A stretch of DNA of 64,000 nt from a virus. The stretch lies in UHGV virus genome UHGV-1380027. One strand, written 5' to 3'. The notes under the pieces are model-generated. The model saw nothing but the letters and a program-made list of their open reading frames with translations. It was not told the DNA's origin and searched no databases. Both the position numbers and the translations under genes were made by a program. Below are positions 54,930-64,000 of this stretch, piece by piece; positions within the stretch are counted from its first letter, which is position 1; each line of letters opens with the position of its first letter.

Positions 54930-57900
54930 TATTCAACACTCTCCATCATAAGCTGGGTGTCGGTCAATGCAGAGTTCCAAACTCTTACATCTTTAATATG
55001 ACCAAACAAATGTCTTTCACCTGTCGCCGTTTGACCTCCGAGACGGATGAGAGCGCCTCCTGCCAGGAATTCCCAAGAAGATTGCGTTTCCGTACTCACC
55101 AATCCGTTAGCAAAAGAGCAGGTTTTACCGTCATCTTTTATCCTGAACCCAATTTTCAATTTACGTGTTTTAGCCATCTCATAGACACGTCTGTTTGAAC
55201 CGCCAATATCACAATATGGATAACCATCTTCTGCAATATTTGCTGCAGAGCCAAATCCCATGATAAATGCAGCACCTGATTGGTGGCCCTCTGTATCAAT
55301 AACCCTAGGAGCTGCGTTAGGAGCTTTTCCCCAACCTCTCCAGTTGGCATCCACCGTAGCGGCGATGGTGAACGGTCTAGGTGCTAAATTATCAGTCATT
55401 GGGAATTTACAAAGGTCTGCTGCCCTAGTCACTGGTGAAGACCCTGTAGGGATAAACGAGGACTCACAAGATCCTAACTCGAACTGAGGTATTGCGACGT
55501 CAACCCAATCCCCTACGGCATGTTGAGAACCATCCGGTGGGGCAATCTGGAACTGGCACCCAATATTCATGTCAGAGTCCACTGCCTCAAACGTAGCAAC
55601 AACTCTTATCCAAGCAGGTCCGGCTGTTTGCCATCTCTCAGCTTTTACTTTAATTCTCCCAGCTGCACCACCTGTTGTTTTAACTTCAAGTGTTGACAGG
55701 TTAACATAGGCATCACCCTGGAATACTGTGGTAGATCCGTTATACATGTCGAATCTTACACGCAGTCTCTGGTGAGCTTTACCACCTCTTGCAATAATAG
55801 ACCCAGTACAAAATTTCTCAGCGCCTGTTACATCTGCACCACGGGTGGCTGGAACTGTAGCCAGGTTTAACGCTGTTGTTTCTACACCGGATACGTTGCT
55901 TACTGTAAATCTTGCACCTTTTGTTCCGTTAGTGTTTGTTACAGTGTTACCGACCGTAATCTGTGACTGGGCTCCCCATTTGCTCGGGTCTTCACTGTTA
56001 AGCATCAGATTTGTCCTTTGACCTTCAATGAGCAGCCCATCTCTTTCGAAACGTGGTTGGTTTGCTTGTGCAACAGCCATAACACCGCGCTTAGTGAAAT
56101 AGGTTGCGGTAGAAGGTCTGGAGAAGATCATCTCCCCCTCACCTAACACAGGTTTCAGGTTAGAGGTTAAAGGTAGCCACAGGTCTGGCATAACTGGGGC
56201 AGTTGTACTTTCTGGGAAGCTAGTTCTCTTCCAAGGGCTCCAGTTCATTCCACTTCCAGTGTTATTATAATACCTTTCCCACGTCCCACCAAGATACATT
56301 TTATATATCTGGACACACCCAGTACCCTCGTTGGCAGAGTTTCTAAGCACGATCAGCGTACCAGCCATCTGCTGTCCTGGTGGATAGTGTCTTTCCGCTG
56401 TGGCGTTGGCATTTGCCTCTTGATGGTAAATACCTTCGCGATCAGCTTTGTAATCGTTAAGGTCACTAGTACCCAACCCTTGACCACGGTGCTGAATAAC
56501 TTTGTTCCACGCTCTGTGGTTACCCTGCTCTATGGAACGGGTGTACAGCTGATCTAAACGGCCTGCCATCTGGAAAGCATAGTTTCCAGAAAATGCCACA
56601 GACAACCCGCCAACAACCATTGAACCTTCAGGTCCGTTGACATTGCCAGCCAGTATTTTGGACGGATTATTATTCCCGAACTGATTGTTCCAATCTGCAC
56701 CAGTATGACATACAAAACCACCCGGTGCTGAGAAAGTACCATCTTTGTTGAAATTGTAGAATCTGTGAGCAGAACCTACAACATCACGAACAATAACTTG
56801 ACCAGCTTCTGGAGTAGATCTGAACTCTGCCTGGCCTTTGAGGCCAGCACCATTGCCGCATTTAGAGGTAAATGTACCGTTAGTCAGATCCTCTGTCCCA
56901 TCTGATGCACACTGGAATCCTGCATTAGAGAATAACGCCTTTCTAGGACTGCTGTAGCACAAATAGTCAATACCGTCTGCCCATAGCTCGACTTTCGGCA
57001 TGTTCATTTTGCTCATCACTGCATAGCGTTCAGCAGTGCCTATATAGTGCCACTGTGTGCCGCCGCCAGTGTAGAACCCAGAGGTGCCTTTGAAGTCAAC
57101 AATAGGTCTGGTGTTAGTAATGTTATCTCCAAGAACAGCAAGATTCAAGTCAGCTGACTGGAGAGGTGAAACGAACTTAACACCGTCCTGATTGTTTGTT
57201 ACAGAGCCGACCTGATAATCTTGCTCTCTGGTAAACACTTCGACAACATTTCTACTCGCGTATATGCTGACAGGGAAAGCACGAGCCTCCACATAGAAAG
57301 CAACATACTCTTGTTTACCCCTTGTTGGAGCAACCATCCCAAGAATTGCTTTTTCATTCTGGTAGAAATTTACTACCCCGTAGAAAGAGTCTCCTCTGTC
57401 TGTCCATCCTCCAGTTCTATAGTGACACTGTAAGGTAGCGCAGTTCATAGGGTCATTTCCAGATGACGATCTGGTAACTATGGTAATATCAGTGCCAGTT
57501 GCTGGAGCATAGTACGGATCTGTTCTAACGATGATAGGGTAGTATTTCCCATCTTCCATTCCTGCGGTTCTTGGCAGTGTTAAGAAGTCTTTTACACCTG
57601 CTGCTATAGGAACTTTGAACAGATTCTGAGCATCTGCTAAAGTTGTAGCCCCTGTGCCGCCTTGCTCTATAGCAAGAGGTTGCCACGAAGCTGTTTGTTG
57701 GTTCCACATACCCCAACGGCCTGTTGCATCAAGCTGCAAGTACCCTGCTGTGTTTAAATCATCTCCGGCACGGATAACTGTTCTTGTTGGGTTGTTTGCC
57801 TCCAGGTGTTTAAATTCGTCACGAAGTGCTATTCTTTTTGTTGTTGCTACACCGTTGGTTACTGCAATGGTATACATGGCTCCGGAGGTAGCGCCACGGA

Positions 57901-58525
57901 AAATGCCATCAACAGTTGTAGTATCACGACGAGATACCACACCGTTCAGAAATTTTTCACCCGCCGCTTCAGAAGGGTAGTTAGTAGTTCTTCCCTCTTC
58001 AATAACTGCAGGACCAACAAAGTTGACAAGGTGAATAACATCGCCTACAGTATGCACTGTGCCAAAATCTACCCGCTGTGCAAGTGCTTTAGCATCGTTG
58101 GCTGTCTGAACAGTAACATCCATTACATCCTGGACAGACTGCCCTTCGGCTGTCATGATCATAGATGCGCCAATGGTAGACTCCAGCTCCTCCCTTAAGG
58201 ACGGATCTGTATATACCATCCACGCAGCGTCAGTAATCCCACCGTCAGAATATGGTGAAGACAGTGCAGGGACAGTGTGTGGAAATTCGCCTTTCCAACG
58301 CAGGTATAGATCTTCCTCTTCGAAGTAGGCAAAATCCATTGGGCCGTTTAACTTACCACCTTCCTTAAAGGAGATTACATGAGAAACAGTCCCATCCACA
58401 TGGACAACATCGCCAATTTTTACACGACGGGTCAGGTCTGGTTGTTGAACAACCAGGTAATCATCCTCTGTCACTGCGGTAGTGGCAGGAAGAGATTCAA
58501 TTCTGACAACTTTAATATCAGCCAT
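54929..58525 (-). CDS. tailspike-like protein (1198 aa) with N-terminal anchor domain
   Basis: N-terminus (LPATTAVTEDDYLVVQQPDLTRRVKIGDVV ... FKEGGKLNGPMDFAYFEEEDLYLRWKGEFP) homologous to ORF 61160..61828; long Gly/Thr/Asn-rich region. Confidence 0.5.
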   Translation of the reverse strand: MADIKVVRIESLPATTAVTEDDYLVVQQPDLTRRVKIGDVVHVDGTVSHVISFKEGGKLNGPMDFAYFEEEDLYLRWKGEFPHTVPALSSPYSDGGITDAAWMVYTDPSLREELESTIGASMIMTAEGQSVQDVMDVTVQTANDAKALAQRVDFGTVHTVGDVIHLVNFVGPAVIEEGRTTNYPSEAAGEKFLNGVVSRRDTTTVDGIFRGATSGAMYTIAVTNGVATTKRIALRDEFKHLEANNPTRTVIRAGDDLNTAGYLQLDATGRWGMWNQQTASWQPLAIEQGGTGATTLADAQNLFKVPIAAGVKDFLTLPRTAGMEDGKYYPIIVRTDPYYAPATGTDITIVTRSSSGNDPMNCATLQCHYRTGGWTDRGDSFYGVVNFYQNEKAILGMVAPTRGKQEYVAFYVEARAFPVSIYASRNVVEVFTREQDYQVGSVTNNQDGVKFVSPLQSADLNLAVLGDNITNTRPIVDFKGTSGFYTGGGTQWHYIGTAERYAVMSKMNMPKVELWADGIDYLCYSSPRKALFSNAGFQCASDGTEDLTNGTFTSKCGNGAGLKGQAEFRSTPEAGQVIVRDVVGSAHRFYNFNKDGTFSAPGGFVCHTGADWNNQFGNNNPSKILAGNVNGPEGSMVVGGLSVAFSGNYAFQMAGRLDQLYTRSIEQGNHRAWNKVIQHRGQGLGTSDLNDYKADREGIYHQEANANATAERHYPPGQQMAGTLIVLRNSANEGTGCVQIYKMYLGGTWERYYNNTGSGMNWSPWKRTSFPESTTAPVMPDLWLPLTSNLKPVLGEGEMIFSRPSTATYFTKRGVMAVAQANQPRFERDGLLIEGQRTNLMLNSEDPSKWGAQSQITVGNTVTNTNGTKGARFTVSNVSGVETTALNLATVPATRGADVTGAEKFCTGSIIARGGKAHQRLRVRFDMYNGSTTVFQGDAYVNLSTLEVKTTGGAAGRIKVKAERWQTAGPAWIRVVATFEAVDSDMNIGCQFQIAPPDGSQHAVGDWVDVAIPQFELGSCESSFIPTGSSPVTRAADLCKFPMTDNLAPRPFTIAATVDANWRGWGKAPNAAPRVIDTEGHQSGAAFIMGFGSAANIAEDGYPYCDIGGSNRRVYEMAKTRKLKIGFRIKDDGKTCSFANGLVSTETQSSWEFLAGGALIRLGGQTATGERHLFGHIKDVRVWNSALTDTQLMMESVE

Positions 58526-58560
58526 TCTTTCTCCTGAAAGGGGGCAAACAGCCCCCTATG

Positions 58561-61158
58561 TTAAAGGTACAATCCACGGTATTGAGCATAAAGTCCCAGA
58601 CCGCGAAGGATTTCGCCAGAGTGATAGCCTACCGGATCAGAAACTGCCCAGCAGCCGTTTAAAACATTATCCCCGTTAATGAAGTGGTGCTTTTGCAGTA
58701 ACTTCACACAGGCTTCTACAACAATATCTATTTGAGGTATTGTCTCTGAATACCCGCAAAGACCTAGCCAGCAGCAACCTGCAAGCCATTCACCTACCAC
58801 CCACATCCTGTCTCCTCTGTCCTGATAAGAGTATCCTCCAGAGGTGTTAAAGTCTGTAGGTAGATTTCCTGAATGAGATGACCGGAATCTGTTGAGGAAC
58901 CATGCCCATTTCTGGCAGAACAGGAACAGTCTTTCATCAACAGGTTCTTTATGTTTCTTGAGCTCATATATTGTGCGGCACGCAGCAACAAAAGATCTTG
59001 ACTGGAGCTTAGAGTTATCTACCATCTCCCACCAACCAGTCAACCCTTCATTACCTCTCTGCCATACATAACGTGAGGCAACTGGACCCTCTGTCTTAAA
59101 TGTATTGTTATACCAGACTTGAGAGTCATACAGAAAGCCTATTGTATTTGACAATCTATGGCGGTCTATGTTTTCTGCCCCCATGCAGTAGACTGCTGGG
59201 TATTGCATACCAGGATAGGGCCAACTTGGCCTTTCCTCTAAGAGATAATTTTCCTTATCTATCACCTTTCCAGCAGGGAACACACCCGGCGTGTGCCTGT
59301 ATGCACCTTGCTTGTAGTTTCTGACATAACAATCGCCAACCTTAGCGGTTGATTCTGTCTTGCTTGCCATCCATACACTAAACCAAATTAGGTAAGCATC
59401 TCTATCTGCAACATAAAATTGCGGTAGCGTGTTGACGCAATACAGATCAAACAAGCCATTACCTATCTGCCTGTCGCTCAGACTGAAATCTACAGAGGTG
59501 ATCCCTTTGGTGTTAGCAAAGAAAGGTTTAATCTCCTCTTCGGTGTGATGAGGTTGTGTAGGGTCTAGTTTAAAATCTCCCAGAGTAAGAGTTTCTGTTA
59601 TCCATTGTCCATTAGTGGCATATAGATCAGCATACCATAACCAACGGTCTTTGTCAAGAAATTTGACCCTTACCATCTCATCATCTGATCGATAAGTTAC
59701 TGAGTTTAAAGAAATCTCTCTTCCAAAATTGAAAGTTACCTTGCCTCTTACTATGTTGCAACGGGTGAAGTTGTCAGAGTGGTTGTAAATGTCGGTATCA
59801 TACTGCATACTAACACTAGCGCCACCGCTTACGGCAATGTTTTCCTCTTTTGGCAAGAGATACGGGTTACCGTCTTTACCAACCACCTCTACAAAATCAG
59901 TAACCTTGGCAACTGTTTCTGTTACCTCTGCCCCTCCAAAAGGTACACCTATTCTGTACTGTTTTTTGTTATTGTTGCCATCATTAAGGATGAAATGTGG
60001 CTGGAACAGAACCCCTTCTCCTCCGAAATTCATAACAATTTCAGCATCTCTGCCTATTTTGTATGTAGTCCCTTTTTGGATTATTTCGCAAGGCTGGCGT
60101 GCGTTCATTCTAAAATTGATATATCCGTCACTATCCCTACTCATGACAGGTACTGTTCCTGCAACTAGACAAGTACCATCTGTGAACGGGGCCTTAATCA
60201 ACGTGGTCTTTCTGAACAGCTTGTCGTAGGCATTTATATCACTAAAATTAAGCAACTTATTGTAAGACTGCTTAAACGCGGTGTAATACTTTTCCTCACC
60301 TGTCAGGGTGTAGAGTTGATAACAAGCGTCACACCACATCTCTTCCCCATCTAACTCTGGGGCTTGATTGTCTGCAACCACGTTTATAGGATTTACAATT
60401 ACAGGGGATCCAGCAGGTATCACCGATCCGCCCTGCTCTTGAGGCAATCTCACACAATAGGTAACCTTGTGGTTGCCTGTAACACCCTTATCTTGCAGTT
60501 GGATTGTGCCGAACTCTGCAGACGTATGACCACTGTCGGCTATGCTACCGTTGGCCCAATAGCGGTTACCATCCCATGCTATATACCACTCAACCAACCA
60601 ACTTAATCCGGAAGTTGTCCAATTAGGATTAGCATCTGTGCCGCCGTAAACATCAGAGTCTACAGTGTTTCTTCCTAAAACACCGTTATACGCCTGAAAA
60701 GCCTTGTCCAAGTATTCTCCCCATGTCGGGGATCCTGCTGGGATTTTTCCTCTACCTTTGTTAAAAGACACAACCACATCTTTAAACCCACCATGTGATG
60801 GAACTCCATCTGTGGATAACGGGTAGTGGGACAATCTTTGCATTTTACTTTCTACTGCATATACTCCCAGAAGATGACTGTTGTAGGCTTCCCAAGCCTC
60901 TTTGGCCCTGTCCAGATAAAAATCGCTTTTTGATGCCCTGTATGCCTCAATGTATCCCAGAATCAACACAGCTTGGGACTCATGCATTGCCCAATCATTG
61001 TTTATCTTACTCCCTGACCAACCTGACGCTATAAGTCCATCCTGGTTTACCAGTTTGTTCTGTGTAGGGAGATTGGTAATACCTGTGTTGTTATCGAGGC
61101 ACTTCCTGTGCCCCTCGATCATCTGAAATACGTTATCAATGTTGTGTTGAATACGCAT
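58561..61158 (-). CDS. large tail-associated protein, possible carbohydrate-active enzyme (865 aa)
   Basis: own SD AGGAG; follows the stand-alone anchor-domain ORF with only 1 nt between stop and start; no motif confidently recognised. Confidence 0.4.
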   Translation of the reverse strand: MRIQHNIDNVFQMIEGHRKCLDNNTGITNLPTQNKLVNQDGLIASGWSGSKINNDWAMHESQAVLILGYIEAYRASKSDFYLDRAKEAWEAYNSHLLGVYAVESKMQRLSHYPLSTDGVPSHGGFKDVVVSFNKGRGKIPAGSPTWGEYLDKAFQAYNGVLGRNTVDSDVYGGTDANPNWTTSGLSWLVEWYIAWDGNRYWANGSIADSGHTSAEFGTIQLQDKGVTGNHKVTYCVRLPQEQGGSVIPAGSPVIVNPINVVADNQAPELDGEEMWCDACYQLYTLTGEEKYYTAFKQSYNKLLNFSDINAYDKLFRKTTLIKAPFTDGTCLVAGTVPVMSRDSDGYINFRMNARQPCEIIQKGTTYKIGRDAEIVMNFGGEGVLFQPHFILNDGNNNKKQYRIGVPFGGAEVTETVAKVTDFVEVVGKDGNPYLLPKEENIAVSGGASVSMQYDTDIYNHSDNFTRCNIVRGKVTFNFGREISLNSVTYRSDDEMVRVKFLDKDRWLWYADLYATNGQWITETLTLGDFKLDPTQPHHTEEEIKPFFANTKGITSVDFSLSDRQIGNGLFDLYCVNTLPQFYVADRDAYLIWFSVWMASKTESTAKVGDCYVRNYKQGAYRHTPGVFPAGKVIDKENYLLEERPSWPYPGMQYPAVYCMGAENIDRHRLSNTIGFLYDSQVWYNNTFKTEGPVASRYVWQRGNEGLTGWWEMVDNSKLQSRSFVAACRTIYELKKHKEPVDERLFLFCQKWAWFLNRFRSSHSGNLPTDFNTSGGYSYQDRGDRMWVVGEWLAGCCWLGLCGYSETIPQIDIVVEACVKLLQKHHFINGDNVLNGCWAVSDPVGYHSGEILRGLGLYAQYRGLYL

Positions 61159-61159
61159 C

Positions 61160-61828
61160 TTAGATAGCTCCTGCGATGATCAATGCCCCGTACCAAGTTA
61201 GTCCATTATCATATGTTTCCAACTTGAAAATGTCTGTTGCACCAGCTGTAAATGTTAGGATAGGATCTCTTCCGTAGGCCCATTTAACATTGTCAGGCCA
61301 ATAAACTTTGTTACCACCAGAGGTCTGCGTTATGCATACAGTTATAGTTCTTGCCACTCCGTCGAGCCCTTCTGTTTGATTTTCAAAAGAGATTGTGGTA
61401 TTTGAAGTGAGCCGAACTTTAAACGTGTCTGCAACGTCAAGATCCATGTCAAGTTGACCACCAATAGAGCCGTAATCAACTATCCTACCTGAAGAAGTTG
61501 CAGCAAGCTCTCCAAAAACAGACCATGCTTTTGCAGACACACCTCCGGCACCCTCTACAGTGGAATCTGGGAGGATTATTTTAGGATAATCTCCATTCCA
61601 TGTGTAGTAGCGCTTAGTTTCCGGATCATAAGCAAAATCCTTCTTGCTCTTAAGATAACCGCCTTCTGTGAAATAAACTATTTTAGTAATGCTAAGATCA
61701 TTGACAACATCATCAATCTTAGCCTTTCTTGTCCCGTCAGTCTGGTTGACAACCAAGAAGTCATCACTCAAGACTGTTTCTGCATCTTCAAGATCTGGGA
61801 TTGGTATTGTAGGATAAGCTACAGCCAT
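61160..61828 (-). CDS. stand-alone tailspike N-terminal (anchor) domain protein (222 aa)
   Basis: homologous to N-terminus of 54929..58525 (IPDLEDAETVLSDDFLVVNQTDGTRKAKIDDVV ... FTEGGYLKSKKDFAYDPETKRYYTWNGDYP). Confidence 0.5.
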   Translation of the reverse strand: MAVAYPTIPIPDLEDAETVLSDDFLVVNQTDGTRKAKIDDVVNDLSITKIVYFTEGGYLKSKKDFAYDPETKRYYTWNGDYPKIILPDSTVEGAGGVSAKAWSVFGELAATSSGRIVDYGSIGGQLDMDLDVADTFKVRLTSNTTISFENQTEGLDGVARTITVCITQTSGGNKVYWPDNVKWAYGRDPILTFTAGATDIFKLETYDNGLTWYGALIIAGAI

Positions 61829-61837
61829 GATTTCTCC

Positions 61838-62554
61838 TTAGTTAACATCAATAGCACGACCAGACTGGTTGGCAATAGCCTCATCATTAGAGGTAGCAAT
61901 AACACCAGAATATTCGCGATCATCTGGAGCAAGCGTCCAGGTATTGCGGTTAATGGTTTGTTCTGCATCAGTCATCAGCAGATCTTTATCCTGAGTCAAC
62001 AGAGAACCTACAGGGATCGGGTTTTCCATCTCAGGACCAGCATACTGGTTCCACCACGTAGCATCTCCAGTTCTAGGCAATCTGAAATTGATCAGGTAGT
62101 ACAGTTTATTAGCCCACTTAATCCAACCTTCATCATCACAAAGAGAGGTTGCCCCGTCATCAGGCTGTGGGTAGGTAAACTGATCAAGACCTACGAAAGC
62201 CAGCCTTACAATCTCGTTCTCCTTGGTAACAACCTCAAAGAACGCTTGGTATGTTCTCGATCTTCGATCCATAGTAGACTGGAAGTTTATGATGTTTAGC
62301 ACATCTGGCTCTTGTCTTGCCACTTCCATAATCTTGTTATCAAGAACAGTCTTCATGACCTTCTTACTGAGAAAGTCCATATAAGGGAAGCCAAACAACT
62401 CATCAAAGTACCAGCTCCCCTTCCATGTATTAAACCTCATCCACAGGCGCTGGCGCAGACTTACTTGGTTTGAATCTATCAACTCAAGACCTTTGTCTAT
62501 CGCCAAATCACCTGTCTGTGGGTCCATCAATATATCACTATAAAGCGTAGCCAT
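61838..62554 (-). CDS. hypothetical structural protein (238 aa)
   Basis: co-oriented ORF within tail/baseplate module. Confidence 0.4.
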   Translation of the reverse strand: MATLYSDILMDPQTGDLAIDKGLELIDSNQVSLRQRLWMRFNTWKGSWYFDELFGFPYMDFLSKKVMKTVLDNKIMEVARQEPDVLNIINFQSTMDRRSRTYQAFFEVVTKENEIVRLAFVGLDQFTYPQPDDGATSLCDDEGWIKWANKLYYLINFRLPRTGDATWWNQYAGPEMENPIPVGSLLTQDKDLLMTDAEQTINRNTWTLAPDDREYSGVIATSNDEAIANQSGRAIDVN

Positions 62555-62566
62555 TCAAGCCCTCTA

Positions 62567-63244
62567 TTAGTGCGGTCCACTTGTCTCGCCATCAGGGCAA
62601 GAGTGGGTATGACCTTTATATTCTGCATAGAATGAGTCCAAATCCACACCAGCAGCCGTTATAATTCTACCTGATGGGTCTATTGTGGCACCATTCATTC
62701 TGATATTTCCATCCACAGCAGCTCGTAAATTGGCAGCCCCGTTGGTGAAAGAAAACTCCCCGCTACTGTCGCACCGTAATGTCCCACCAGGTGTTTGAAG
62801 CTCAAAATCACCAGAAGGTGTCAGCTTAAAATAAACCCTATCATTCCATAACTCCACATTATCAGGATCGATCTGTAAAGCGTTAGAGTCTGAATGAACA
62901 GAGGTTATTGCCCACCCTGGAAACAGGCCGTGAGTTTGTTGATCATCATTATTGTTTTCATTTCTCTCTGAAAACTGCAATCCTACAACATCACCAGCCT
63001 TAATAGGAAGTGTTAACCTTGCCTTCCCGCTGTTTGCAGACATCACCTGGATTGGCACATCATAGATAAGAGGGTATCTCTCAACATCCCCGTCATCAAA
63101 CGTGGTTTCAGCTATTGGCTGCACTGCTGCGGAGGGGATACTGTAATCTACACTGACAACTCTGGCCCTGATACTGGTGTGGTAGTCCCTCATTATTTTT
63201 TCTATAAAGGATCTTACAGCAGCATCTTTCCTATTAATTGCCAT
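62567..63244 (-). CDS. possible baseplate spike/hub protein (225 aa)
   Basis: C-terminal His/Cys cluster KGHTHSCPDG; position in baseplate module; weak. Confidence 0.3.
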   Translation of the reverse strand: MAINRKDAAVRSFIEKIMRDYHTSIRARVVSVDYSIPSAAVQPIAETTFDDGDVERYPLIYDVPIQVMSANSGKARLTLPIKAGDVVGLQFSERNENNNDDQQTHGLFPGWAITSVHSDSNALQIDPDNVELWNDRVYFKLTPSGDFELQTPGGTLRCDSSGEFSFTNGAANLRAAVDGNIRMNGATIDPSGRIITAAGVDLDSFYAEYKGHTHSCPDGETSGPH

Positions 63245-63993
63245 TATACCTCCTCAGTTTTGTCAACAACTCCACCCACTGTTTCCCCAAGGCCAAGCTC
63301 TGTAGTGTAATCACCACCTTCTATGGTGCCCTTATGATGGACTGTGATCACCTTATAGAAGCCTGTGTATTGCCTACTTTTAAGATAAATGGTGGACTCT
63401 GGGAGGATAGCCCCGTTAAGACATGTGGTTACAGTAAGACCAACATCCTCTCTCGGGTTTTTCTTTTTCTTCTTACTTGTGCCACCTTTCGCAGCAGCTT
63501 TAGCTTTTCGTTTTTTAGCAGGTTCTGGGTTTTTAGGTGTGGGTGAACCGTGCATCCCAGACTCTGCACTTATTTCAAACACAGAGTCCTTGAACCTTTT
63601 TCCAACCTTGGTCCAATATAAAGCCCCGTCCTGAACGCTAAATGTTGAGTTTGTCAGCCTTGCAAACCTGCGCAGGTTCTCTGCGGTGTTTCCGGAGAAA
63701 GCCATAGAGTATTGCAAAGTTTGGTTTCCAAAACCAACAACCCTCCCTTTTGGCAAGTTCATATCCTTCAGCAGGTCATTAAGCACAGAGTTCAGAGGTG
63801 TACCTTTCTGATAAGATCTTGTGCTTTGGCACTTAATGATGTTCTCAGTGCCATCCCCAAAGATGAACTTAGTTTTTCTGGTCGGGCCTTCCCATCTGTC
63901 CTCAACAAACTCTACAGTTCCAGAGAATATCAACTGGTTCTCATTATCATAGCCAGCCTCAAACATAACTGCAAGAGCATCAGCTTGATGCAT
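63244..63993 (-). CDS. hypothetical tail/baseplate protein (249 aa) with internal Lys-rich segment
   Basis: ORF complete within window; basic stretch KKRKAKAAAKGGTSKKKKK. Confidence 0.4.
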   Translation of the reverse strand: MHQADALAVMFEAGYDNENQLIFSGTVEFVEDRWEGPTRKTKFIFGDGTENIIKCQSTRSYQKGTPLNSVLNDLLKDMNLPKGRVVGFGNQTLQYSMAFSGNTAENLRRFARLTNSTFSVQDGALYWTKVGKRFKDSVFEISAESGMHGSPTPKNPEPAKKRKAKAAAKGGTSKKKKKNPREDVGLTVTTCLNGAILPESTIYLKSRQYTGFYKVITVHHKGTIEGGDYTTELGLGETVGGVVDKTEEV

Positions 63994-64000
63994 ATCTAGA

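Noticed and set aside
61150-61165. Programmed frameshift or pseudogene fusing 61160..61828 with 58561..61158
   Set aside because: The upstream ORF ends with an in-frame TAA and the downstream ORF has its own SD and ATG 1 nt later; no slippery heptamer seen; treated as two genes
1-64000. Prophage or integrative element features (integrase, att sites, repressor)
   Set aside because: None recognised; organisation (rIIA-like, own replisome, methylases, no recombinase) points to a lytic-type genome segment, though absence within one window is not proof

Overview
This window is a ~64-kb, almost gap-free coding segment of a large tailed dsDNA bacteriophage genome. No integrase, repressor, tRNA, rRNA or CRISPR array was seen. 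All functional calls rest on motif recognition by eye; no database search or structure prediction could be run. Three transcriptional blocks are visible. (1) 0.9-26.7 kb, minus strand: more than 45 tightly packed, often overlapping early and DNA-metabolism genes. These include many small ORFans with tandem paralog families, a macro-domain protein, an SSB-like protein ending in FDDDIPF, a family-A DNA polymerase, a TOPRIM primase / DnaB-like helicase fusion, two DNA methyltransferases, a Dda/RecD-like SF1 helicase, an rIIA-like GHKL ATPase, a secreted SleB-like cell-wall hydrolase and a MoxR-like AAA+ ATPase. (2) 26.9-33.9 kb, plus strand: a cassette launched from a divergent promoter region and closed by a bidirectional terminator. 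It holds an HNH-like protein, a metallopeptidase/vWA protein, four tandem small paralogs, a HAD-like phosphatase and Cys-rich small proteins. (3) 33.9-64.0 kb, minus strand: a tail/baseplate/host-recognition module with a baseplate-J-like protein, two GDTMTG tail fibres plus a Tfa chaperone, tailspike-like proteins and giant 1878-aa and 1277-aa fibre-like proteins. The upstream non-coding region (1-870) carries promoter-like elements, two copies of a ~90-bp unit and iteron-like direct repeats. I did not find one clearly delimited novel system; the strongest candidates are the macro-domain protein, the small-protein paralog families, the SSB-mimicking C-terminal tails and the plus-strand accessory cassette.
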